Shown here: piece by piece, positions 28,262 through 37,526 of the stretch
How the letters are laid out: each line of letters opens with the position of its first letter
How positions within the stretch are numbered: the stretch's first letter is position 1
NCBI GenBank assembly: GCA_963726055.1
Contig: CAVSAP010000001.1
Span: 131,980 to 195,979 of the forward strand
Length of the DNA stretch: 64,000 bases
Source: an uncultured Chloroflexia bacterium
GTDB lineage: Bacteria; Chloroflexota; Limnocylindria; Limnocylindrales; CSP1-4
Direction: 5' to 3'
The notes under the pieces: generated by a model
The model's input: only the letters and a program-made list of their open reading frames with translations
Told to the model about the DNA's origin: nothing
Databases searched by the model: none
Position numbers and translations under genes: made by a program

Positions 28262-29312
28262 CCGGAGCCTGGCGTCCGGCCGGCGATCGGCCGCTGCGCG
28301 TCGGCCTGGCGGGCCTCGGGTCGATGGGCCGCAACCATCTCCGGATCCTCACCGGCCGCAGCGACGTCCGACTCGCCGCCGTCGCGGACCCCGTCGACGA
28401 CGCGCTGCTCGCTGCGACCGCCCAGTCCGGCGCCCAGGGCTTTGCCGAGCCGCTGGCGATGATCGCGGAAGCCGAGCTCGACGCGCTGATCGTGGCGAGC
28501 GCCGACCACGGCCCATGTGCCGCTCGCACTCGCCGCGATCGAGCGGGGCACCGCCGTCCTCGTCGAGAAGCCGCTCGCGGCCACGGTCGACGAGGGGATG
28601 GCGGTCGTCGTCGCGGCGCGGGAGCGCGGAGTCCCGGTCCAGGTCGGTCACGTCGAACGGTTCAACCCGGCGGTCCTCGAACTCGGTCGGCTCATCGCCG
28701 ACGGCTGGCTGTCGGCCGTCTACGCGATCGCCTCGCGCCGGGCCGGACCGTTCCCGGACCGGATCCGCGACGTCGGGGTGACCGTGGACCTGGCGACCCA
28801 CGACGTGGACATCATCTCGTGGATCGCCGGCGAGCGGCCGTCGCGGGTCTACGCGGAGACGGCCCAGCGGATCCACGCCGATCACGAGGACCTGCTGTTC
28901 GGCCTGCTCCATTTCCCGTCAGGCGCGACCGGCATGCTCGACGTCAACTGGCTGACGCCGGCCAAGCGGCGCCAGCTCGTCGTCGTCGGCGAGGAGGGGA
29001 TGTTCGAGCTCGACTACCTGACCCAGCGCCTGACGTTCACGAAGGCGACCGACACGACGAACCCGCGGCTGATCGGCGGCTACGCCCCGACCTTCGAGGG
29101 TGAGGTCGCGGAGCTGCCCGTCGTCATCGCCGAGCCACTCGCCGCGGAGCTCGAGGCCTTCTTCGGGATCGTCCGGAACGGCGGCCGGCCCGTCGTCGAC
29201 GCCGAGGACGGCCTGTGGGCGGTGGCGGTGGCGATCTCGCTCCTCGAACTCGGCTGCGAGCGGCAACGCCATCGACCTCTCCGACCTGTCCACGAGGTTC
29301 GCCGTCGCATGA
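28258..29312 (+). pseudogene. Gfo/Idh/MocA family NAD-dependent sugar oxidoreductase (WbpB-like), two frame changes
   Basis: LRVGLAGLGSMGRNHL...DALIVAS is followed by a shift near 28500 into PTTAHVPLALAAIERGTAVLVEKPL...GHVERFNP. A second shift near 29250 leads into SAASGNAIDLSDLSTRFAVA and the stop at 29312. Confidence 0.8.
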
Positions 29313-30736
29313 CGATCGTGTCCCGCCCCACGTCCGTCCACAGCATGCTCGGCGGGTCGATCGAGCTGCCGGTCCATGCCTGCGGCCACGAGCCGGGGAT
29401 CGAGGTGAGTCCGTGGACGGGGGAGCCCGGAACGGCCGGCCACGTGGCGGTCGTCGGCGCCGGCAAGATGGGCCTGCCGCTGGCCGCCCAGTTCGCCGAC
29501 CACGGCTGGCGGGTCACCGCCGTCGACGTCCAGCAGGCCGTCGTCGATGCGATCAACGAGGGCCGGTCTCATGTCGAGGAGGAACCCGGCCTCGCCGAGC
29601 TCGTGAGCGTCGCGCACGGGCGGGGCCGCCTCCGAGCGACGACGGACGCGGCCGCGGCGGCGCGCGAGGCCGACGTCGTCGTCCTCATCGTGCCGGTCAT
29701 GCTCGACGACGAGCAACAGCCCGACTATCGCTACATGGACGCCGCGGTGGAGTCGATCGCCCCTGGTGTCCACGAGGGCTCGATCGTCATCTTCGAGACG
29801 ACGCTGCCGGTCGGCGACACGCGCGAGCGGTTCACCCCGCGGCTCGAGGCGGCATCCGGACTCCGGGCGGACGAGGACTTCTTCGTCGCGTTCTCGCCGG
29901 AGCGCCTCTACAGCGGCGCGGTCCTCACGAATCTCGCGACCTACCCGAAGCTCGTCGGCGGGATCGGGCCGGCGTCGACGGCGCGCGCGGCCGCCTTCTA
30001 CGACGCGGTCCTCGACGCGGAGATCGTGGCGATGTCGAGCGCCGAGGCGGCCGAGTTCAGCAAGCTCGCCGACACGACCTATCGGGACGTCAACATCGCC
30101 CTGGCCAATGAGTTCGCCCGCTACGCCGAGCGGGTCGGCGTCGACGTCCACGAGGTGATCGCCGCCGCGAACAGCCAGCCCTACTCGCATATCCACCAGC
30201 CGGGACTCGGCGTCGGCGGGCACTGCATCCCGGTCTACCCGCATTTCCTCCTGTCACGAGCTCCGGAACTCGAGCTCGTCGAGCTGTCGCGCCGGACCAA
30301 CGACGGCCAGATCGGCGTCGCGATCCGGGCGCTCCAGCAGGAGCTCGGCGGGCTCGAAGGGGTCCCGATCCTCGTCCTCGGGCTGACCTACCGCCACGGC
30401 GTCAAGGAGCTCGCTTACTCGCGAGCCCTGCCCCTCATCGAGCGGCTGACCCACCAGGGCGCTGTCGTATCGGCCTTCGACCCGCTCCTCGACCCAGACG
30501 AGACGGCACACAGCGGCGCATCGCCGTGGAAGTGGGGCACGAAGGCTCCGTTCCGGGCGATCGTCACCCAGACCGCCGATCCGGTCTTCCGGACGCTCGA
30601 CGCCGCCTGGTTCCCGGATCTCGCCGTCGTGTTCGACGGGCGGGACAGCCTGCGCGACATCTTGCCCTGCCCGACTCCGTCGCGTATCGCGGGATCGGTC
30701 TCCCGGCCGCCCGACGCCGCGACAGCACCGACCTGA
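29309..30736 (+). CDS. UDP-glucose/GDP-mannose dehydrogenase family nucleotide-sugar 6-dehydrogenase (WbpA/WecC-like); C-terminus probably frame-shifted
   Basis: ATG overlaps the upstream stop (ATGA). Motifs VAVVGAGKMGLPLA, FSPERL and GLGVGGHCIPV are present. After about 30650 the family-typical ending (..LALPDSVAYRGIGLP) lies in the frame of ORF 30526-30807, so the true stop may be 30807. Confidence 0.8.
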   Translation: MTIVSRPTSVHSMLGGSIELPVHACGHEPGIEVSPWTGEPGTAGHVAVVGAGKMGLPLAAQFADHGWRVTAVDVQQAVVDAINEGRSHVEEEPGLAELVSVAHGRGRLRATTDAAAAAREADVVVLIVPVMLDDEQQPDYRYMDAAVESIAPGVHEGSIVIFETTLPVGDTRERFTPRLEAASGLRADEDFFVAFSPERLYSGAVLTNLATYPKLVGGIGPASTARAAAFYDAVLDAEIVAMSSAEAAEFSKLADTTYRDVNIALANEFARYAERVGVDVHEVIAAANSQPYSHIHQPGLGVGGHCIPVYPHFLLSRAPELELVELSRRTNDGQIGVAIRALQQELGGLEGVPILVLGLTYRHGVKELAYSRALPLIERLTHQGAVVSAFDPLLDPDETAHSGASPWKWGTKAPFRAIVTQTADPVFRTLDAAWFPDLAVVFDGRDSLRDILPCPTPSRIAGSVSRPPDAATAPT

Positions 30737-30799
30737 TCCGCCGCGTTCGCTCGGCGTCCTCGTCGACGCCGCCGAGGACGACCCGGCTCGACAAGGCAC

Positions 30800-30805
30800 T
30801 AGGCT
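30800..30805 (+). promoter_or_regulatory. -10-like box TAGGCT, 6 nt upstream of ATG 30812 (possible internal leaderless start)
   Basis: TANNNT hexamer overlapping the end of the upstream gene. Plain operon read-through is equally possible. Confidence 0.25.
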
Positions 30806-30811
30806 GACCGG

Positions 30812-31939
30812 ATGCGGATCGTCAGTGTCGTCGGGACGCGGCCCCAGCTGATCAAGGCGGCTGCGCTCTTCCCGACCCTTCGTGCCCGACACGACGACGT
30901 CTTCGTCGACACGGGCCAGCACTGGGACGAGGCGATGGCCGGGACACTTCTTCGCCGAGCTCGGCCTGCCGAAGCCGGACCACTCCCTCGGGATCGGCGG
31001 CGGCACCGCGGCCGACCAGGTCGGCCGCATGCTCGCCGCGCTCGGCGGCGTCCTCGTGGCCGAGAAGCCCGATGCCGTCCTCGTCTACGGCGACACGAAC
31101 TCGACGCTCGCCGGCGCCCTCGCCGCGGCGACGCTCGGCATCCCGCGTCGCTCACGTCGAGGCCGGCCTGCGGAGCTTCGATCGGCGGATGCCCGAGGAG
31201 ACGAACCGGGTCCTCACCGATCACGTCTCTCGCTGGCTGTTCGCACCGACACCGACCGCGGTCGCGAATCTCGCCGCCGAAGGGATCCGCGAGGGCGTCG
31301 TCCTCGTCGGCGACGTCATGCAGGACCTGGCGGCGCGCGTCGTCGGCGGAGGTGCGCGATGCCGGGACAAGGTGCTGCCGACGATCGGACGACGGCTGGG
31401 GATCGACCTGTCGCCCGGCGGCTACCTGTTCGCGACGATCCACCGCGCCGAGAACCGGACGCCCGACGCGATCCGGGCGTGGGCGGCCATCCTCGGAGGC
31501 GCGGCGCGACCCGGACCGGCCGGTCGTTCTCGCGCTCCATCCCGGGAACCAGGGTCGCACTCGAGAGCATCGGCTCGACGCTCGCCGATGACGTCTGCGT
31601 CGTCGAGCCGCAGGGCTACGCGACGACGCTCGCCCTCCAGCTCCACGCGGCCGCGGTCCTGACCGACTCCGGCGGAGTCCAGCGCGAGGCGGCGTGGCTC
31701 GGCGTGCCGTGCCTCGTCCTCCGGGACACCACCGAGTGGCCGAGGCGGTCGAGGGCTCCGGCGGCATGATGGTCGTCGTCGGTCTCGACGCGGCGCGTGC
31801 AGGGGCGGAGCTGGATCGCGGCTCGCGCCGCTCCGCGACGCCGGCACGCCTCGCCCGGCAGCGGGCGGCTGGCCTCGATGTGTCGCCCGCGGGGGCGGCG
31901 ACCGCGATCGTTGAGGCGCTCGAGGCCGTCGGCGAATGA
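30812..31939 (+). pseudogene. UDP-N-acetylglucosamine(uronate) 2-epimerase (WecB/WbpI-like), about five frame changes
   Basis: Segments in order, with frame changes near 30944, 31146, 31507, 31550 and 31742: MRIVSVVGTRPQLIKAAAL..DTGQHWDEAM; HFFAELGLPKPDHSLGIGGG..VYGDTNSTLAGALAA; VAHVEAGLRSFDRRMPEETNRVLTDH..ATIHRAEN; DRPVVLALHPG; TRVALES..TDSGGVQREAAWLGVPCLVLRDTTEWP; EAVEGSGGMMVVVG... Confidence 0.8.
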
Positions 31940-33208
31940 GGGTCGTGATGTTCGTTCGGAACGACGTCCTCGTCGACGCACGCGTGCTGAAGGAAGCAGG
32001 CTCCCTCCGCGATGCCGGTCATGACGTGACGATCATCGGGATCACCCGACCGGGAACGCCGGCGATCGTCGAGCGCGAGGAGCGCGACGGATTCGCGATC
32101 GTTCGCGTCCCGCTGCCTCGCTGGAACCACTGGTGGCGCTGGTTCCGCGCCCCGTCGCGGCTCTGGTCGCGGATCCGCCACCGCGACGGCGCTCCGGGCT
32201 CGCGGATGGACGGCCTCGACTGGCTCGCGATGTGGCGGTTCGGCAATCTCGGCTGGGCCCGGGCGGCCGCTCGCGAGGCAGGCCCGGCCGATGTCTATCA
32301 CGGCCACGACCTGACCGGCCTCCCGGCGGCGATCTTCGCCCGCGACATGCATGGCGGGACGGCCCGGGTCGTCTACGACAGCCACGAGCTGTTCGTCACC
32401 TCCGGGGCGGTCGTTGGCCGGCCGTCGTGGGCGGTCGCCTGGCTGGCCCGCCGGGAGCTGGAGTGGGCGGCCCAGGCCGATGCGATCGTCACGGTCAGTC
32501 ATGGCTACGCCGCCGAACTCGGGCCCGCGACTCGGTCGGGACGATGTCGTCATCGTCCACAACTGCCCGCCGCGACCGGTCGGCGAGCTCGTCCGCTCGG
32601 ACGCGATCCGCGACGCGGCCGGGATCCCGCCCGGATCGCCGATCGTCCTCTACCACGGCGGCCTCCGGCCCGGCCGCGGGATCCGTCAGCTGGCCGAGGC
32701 GATGCTCGAGCCCGGCCTCGAGCGCGCCCACCTCGCGTTCCTCGGCTTCGGCCCGTCGCGCGGAGAGGCGGAAGAGCTCGCCGCCGAGCCGCGGTTCGGC
32801 GGCCGGATCCATGTCCTGGGCCCTGTGCCGCCGATGGACGTCGTCACCTGGGTGGCCTCGGTGGACGTGGCCGCGATGCCGATCCAGGCCCACAGCCAGA
32901 GCTACTACCTGTCGACGCCGAACAAGATGTTCGAGGCCTTCGCCGCCGGGGTGCCGGTTGTCGCCAGCGACTTCCCGGGAATGCGGGGCATCGTCGCCGA
33001 GGATCCGGAACGGCCGCTCGGCGAGCTGTGCGACCCGGCCGACCCCGCCTCGATCGGTCGCGCGATCCGGACGATCGTCGAGCTTTCTCCGGAGGCATGG
33101 GCTGAACTCGGGGCGCGCTGCCGGCGGGCCGCCGTGGAGCGCTGGAACTGGGAGACGGAGTCGGCCCGGCTGGTGGATCTCTACGCGCGCCTGGGGCCCG
33201 GCGAATGA
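31936..33208 (+). pseudogene. GT4 glycosyltransferase (paralogue A), one frame change near 32525
   Basis: MRVVMFVRNDVLVDARVLKEA..DSHELF..VTVSHGYAAEL is followed, in the frame of ORF 32351-33208, by RLGRDDVVIVHNCP..IVLYHGG..YLSTPNKMFEAFAAGVPVVASDFPGM. Both ends have ATGA overlaps. Confidence 0.75.
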
Positions 33209-34592
33209 GCGGCGACCGGCGATCGAGCCCCGCGCGTTCCGGCTCCCCAGCGCGCCACGCTCGTGCTGCCCTCGAGCGGGGCGTTCGACTCGCGGGCCTG
33301 GCGGATCGCGAGCGCGCTCGCGGCCCGTGGACACTCGATCACGGTGCTCGCTCGCAGCGAGGCCGGCCTGCCCGGACGACGAGGCGCACGAATCCGGCTA
33401 CCGGATCGTCCGCGTTCCGGTCTCGGCCGATCGACGGGCTGCCGGCGCCGCTGCGGCCGATCGTCGCGCCGCCTCCGGCGGCCGCGCAGCGAGCGGTCGG
33501 AGACGCCCGACCTCGCGGCCGGCCCTGTCGTGACGGCCACGCCGGCCGAGACCGGCGGCATCCGCCGCCCACGCACGGGCCTCCGCGGCCGCCTGCGGCC
33601 GCGACGTCTGCGGCAGTCCGGCTCGCTGCGATCGCGGCGACCGTGCGGTCGCAGCGACTGGCGAGCCGTCGGATCGCCCCGCCGGCCGACCTCGTCCACG
33701 CGATGGCCTACATGGGCATCCCGATCGGACTCGACCTCGGCCGGCGCGATCACGCGCCCGTCGTCTACGACGCGAGGGACATCTACGTCGATGCCGCCAA
33801 CGTCGCTCGGCTGCCGGGGCCCGCCCGTCGCCTGTTCGCGCTGGGTCGAACGGCGCTGGGCCCGCCGGGCGAGCCGTGTCGTGACCGTGAACCAGCCATA
33901 CGCGGAGGTGATGGAGCGTCGATTCGGCGTCGCGATGCCGCTGATCGTCATGAATTGCTCCTACCGACGCGACACCGCCGCCGGTCCCGCTGCGACGGTT
34001 CCACGACCACCTCGATCTGCCGCCGGCGACCCGGGTCGCGCTGTACCAGGGCGGCTTCTCCCGCGAACGCGGCATCGAGCAGCTGATCGAGGCGCTGCCG
34101 GCGTTCCCCGGCGGCACGGTCCTCGTCCTGCTCGGCTACGGCGTGCTCGAGGCGGAACTCCGGGCGCGGGCGGCGGCGCCGGACAGCGTCGGCCGGCTCT
34201 TCGTGCTGCCCGCGGTGCCGCCGACCGACCTGCTCGACTGGGTCGCCTCGGCCGACGTCGTCGCGATGCCGATCCAGCCGTCGACCCTCAACCACCGCCT
34301 GACGACACCGAACAAGCTGTTCGAGGCGATGGCGGCGGGCGTTCCGGTCGTCGCGTCCGACCTGCCCGGGATGGCGGGGATCGTCCGCGAGACGGGCTGC
34401 GGCGTCCTGTGCGACCCGACGTCGCCGGCATCGATCGCGGCCGCGATCGAGTCGATCCTCGACGCCCCGGAACCGGAACGCGTCGCCTACCGGGAACGGG
34501 CGATCGCCGCTGCCCACGGGTCGTACAGCTGGGAGGCGCAGTTCGACGTCCTCATCGGCGAGTACGGCCGGCTGACCGGTCGCCCGTGGTGA
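33205..34592 (+). pseudogene. GT4 glycosyltransferase (paralogue B), at least five frame changes
   Basis: Homologous segments are scattered over three frames. They are TLVLPSSGAFDSRAWRIASALAARGHSITVL; DDEAHESGYRIVRVPVS; PPADLVHAMAY..VVYDARDIYVDAAN; RRASRVVTVNQPYAEVMERRFG..IVMNC; and RVALYQGGFSRERGIEQLIEAL...RLTTPNKLFEAMAAGVPVVASDLPGM. Confidence 0.65.
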
Positions 34593-36006
34593 GCGCCGAC
34601 GGTCGCGGGACCGCGCTGCGGCGGGCGGTCGTGCTCGTCGGCGGCCCAGCGGCGCCGTACTCGCGCTCGATCCGGATCGCCCGCGCGCTCGCCGCCGAGG
34701 GCTACGCGGTCGAGATCGCGGCGATCGCCGCCGCCGGCCTGCCGGAACGCGAACCCGTCGCCGCCGGCGACGCCCGGCTCGGTCGGTGAGCCTGCCCCGG
34801 ACCCGGCGCACGTCGGCGAGATCGAGATACGACGCTACCGGCCGTCGGGCCCCTGGGCGATCGCGGGCGCCAGCGAGGCCGCGACAACGGCGTCAGCGGT
34901 GGCGCGTCCGCCGGCGATCCACCAGCCGGCGCGAGACGCGCGCTTCGACGCGTCGCTCACACGCTCGCCGCACCGCTGCTCATCGCCCGCCGCTGGCTCT
35001 TCTGGCCGCATGCCGTCCGCGGCTGGTGGGCGAGCCTCGCCCGGGAGCTGGCTCCCGCCGATCTCTACCACGCCTGCGGGTCGTTGACGGTCGCCGCCGC
35101 CCTCGGCGCCCGCGACCGATCGCCCGTGGGACCCTCCGGGACGCCGGTCGCGGGTCATCTACGACGCGATCGACAACGTCGCCGAGTCGAACGAGGCGCT
35201 CGCGCTCCCCGCCACGGTCAGTCGAAGGAACGCCCGGACGGAGGCCGCCTGGGCCCGGGCCGCGGATGCGGTCGTGACCGTCAACGAGCCGCTGGCGGCC
35301 CGACTCGCCGCCCGCTGGCGTCTCGAACGACCGCCGCTGGTCGTCGCCAACCTGCCTGAGCCCCCGCCCGAGCCTCAGCCGCCGAGCGGCGTCGGGTCGA
35401 GCCCGCGGACGACCCGATCACCTCCGATCCGCCGCCGCGCTGCCCGCCTCGACCACGGGTCGTCCTCTTCCAGGGCCGGCTCGGACCCGGTCTCGGCCTC
35501 GACGAGGCGGCCGAGGCCGTGTTGCTCGTCCCCGACGCCGCGCTCGTCCTGCTCGGCTTCGGGCGCGGGATGGCCGCCAGCGCCGCCCGCGACCGCGAGC
35601 CGCGCTACGCCGGCCGGCACGTGACGCTGCCCGCCCGGCACCCGGACGAGCTGCTGGCCTGGACCGCATCGGCAGACGTCGCGCTGATCCCGCTGCCGCC
35701 GCTCTCGATGAACCAGCGCTGTCGACGCCGAACAAGTTCTGGGAAGCGCTCGCGGCCGGCACGCCGGTCGTCGTCGTCAGCGGGCTCGAAGTGATGGAGC
35801 GGCTCGTCGTCGAGCACGACCTCGGCGTCGTCGCAGCCTCGCCGGCACCGGCCGACCTCGCCGACTCGATCACCCGGGTTCTCGACCGACTGGCAACAGA
35901 CGGCGACGCGTGGCGGGAGCGGATCGCCGCGACGAGCCGTGAGCGGTTCGGCTGGCCGGCCGCGGCGGCCGCCTACCGGGCGCTGGTCCGCGAGATCTCG
36001 CCATGA
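34589..36006 (+). pseudogene. GT4 glycosyltransferase (paralogue C), about six frame changes
   Basis: GTG overlaps the upstream stop (GTGA). Segments are AVVLVGGPAAPYSRSIRIARALAAEGYAVEI; GEIEIRRYRPSGPW; LFWPHAVRGWWASLARELAPADLYHACG; RVIYDAIDNVAES..AVVTVNEPLAARLA..LVVANLP; HLRSAAALPAS; RVVLFQGRLGPGLGLDEAAEAV..; and LSTPNKFWEALAAGTPVVVV... Confidence 0.65.
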
Positions 36007-36042
36007 CGAAGGCGCAACGACGTCCCGGACGGCGAGCCATGG

Positions 36043-37098
36043 ATGGTGATGCGGGCAAGCCGTGATCGGGGCTGGGGCGGCGACATCCGACGGGCCCGCA
36101 TCTTCGAGCGCCTCGCCGAGCGCCAGAGGCGCCCGGATCGTCGACGACTGGCCGACGTTCCAGCGCGCGATCCGGGGCCGGCGCTGGCAGGCCTGGCTGC
36201 CCGGGCGGCGACCACGACCGCATCTCGCCGCCTCAGAGACCGCGCCGCCGAAGTGGGTCGAGCGGATCGTCGCCCTGTCGGACCCCGTCGCGGTCGCGAT
36301 CTACGACGACTCCGTCGCCCAGGCGCGGGCACTCGGTCTCGATCTGAGTCCGGAACGGGCGGCCGACCTTGCGCTCCGGCGGCGCGTCAACGAGGCGGCA
36401 TTCCGCTGGCACGTCGTGCCGACTGCGTCGTTCGCCGAGCTCGTCGGGCTCGACCCGTCGCGGATCATCGTCGGCGGCAACGGGACCGTCGCGAGCCACG
36501 TCCGGCCGGGCCCGTGGCCGGAGGTGCCGACCGTCGGCTTCGTGTCGGGGGCCGCGCCCGGACGAGGGATCGAGATCCTCCTCGAGGCCGTCCGGCAGGT
36601 CAGGGTCGAGGTCCCCGAGACGCGCCTGCTGCTGTGGTTGATCGCGACCGGGCCAGACGGCGAGGCATACATCGATGGCCTCCGGGCGGCCGCGGCGAGT
36701 GACGACTGGGTCGAGATCGGAACGGCGCCGTACGAGCGCCTCGGCCCGAGCCTCGCCCGGGCGACCGTGCTGGCGATCCCGCATCCCGGCCAACGACTAC
36801 ATGGACGTCGCGTTGCCGGTGAAGCTGTTCGACTCGATGGCGGCCGGCCGGCCGCTGGTCGTCACGCCCCGCCGCGAGACCGCGGCGATCGTCGAACGCG
36901 GCGGGGTCGGCCTGGTCACGGCCGACGACGATCCGGCCTCGATCGCGGCCGTCTGCGTGCGCCTGCTCACCGGACGAGACCCTCGCCCGACGCATGGGCG
37001 AGGCGGCGCGGACGCTGGCCGAGCGGGAGTACGACTGGCCGATCGTCGGCAACCGGATCGCCGACGAGATCCTCCGCCGGGAAGGGCTGGCCGGCTAG
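36043..37098 (+). pseudogene. GT-B fold glycosyltransferase, broken paralogue of 41061-42122; three frame changes
   Basis: It aligns along its length with the intact protein at 41061-42122 (WGGDIRRARIFERLAER/GARIVDDW...; FRWHVVPTASFAELVGLDPSRI; ANDYMDVALPVKLFDSMAAGRPLVVTPRRETAAIV; DETLARRMGEAARTLAEREYDW). Frame changes lie near 36124, 36788 and 36971. Confidence 0.65.
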
Positions 37099-37526
37099 CC
37101 AGCCTCCTCGTCGCACGGCTGCGCGGCGGGTCCGTGGCGTTCGAGCCGTCAACCGCCAGGCTCGTGTCGGCCAGCCGGCGCAACCCGCCCGGGCTGCGGC
37201 GGGCGGCACCCGATCCGGACGAGCGGCGCGATCGCGAGCTCATCGTGGCCGTCGACCGGCAGCAGCTCGACCGGGCCTCCGCCCGCCAGTCGCGCGGATG
37301 TGGGCGCTGATCGCGCTCGTGGCCGGGGCAAGCGAGCGGTCCGAGCCGGCGTCACGACCGAGCCGCCGCCTCAGCGTCCCGATCGGATCCCGGAGCAGGC
37401 GGCCCAGCCGTCCCGTCGGGCCGCGTCGGGCGGTCGTCGCCGGCTTCGGCCGCCACGTGGTGTCGATCGACACCTCCACGATGCGGCCCGCGGACGGCAG
37501 GGCGGCCTCGGCCGGTTCGACAGCCG

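Noticed and set aside
28517-30736. 739-aa oxidoreductase-dehydrogenase fusion ORF
   Set aside because: A frame change near 29250 removes the natural oxidoreductase stop at 29312. In the corrected frame the stop overlaps ATG 29309 of a separate, normal-length dehydrogenase.
26439-37098. Programmed ribosomal frameshifting or transcriptional slippage as the cause of the frame changes
   Set aside because: There are up to six changes per gene, in both directions. They share no slippery heptamer or long homopolymer and have no downstream structure pattern. No known system uses recoding at this density.
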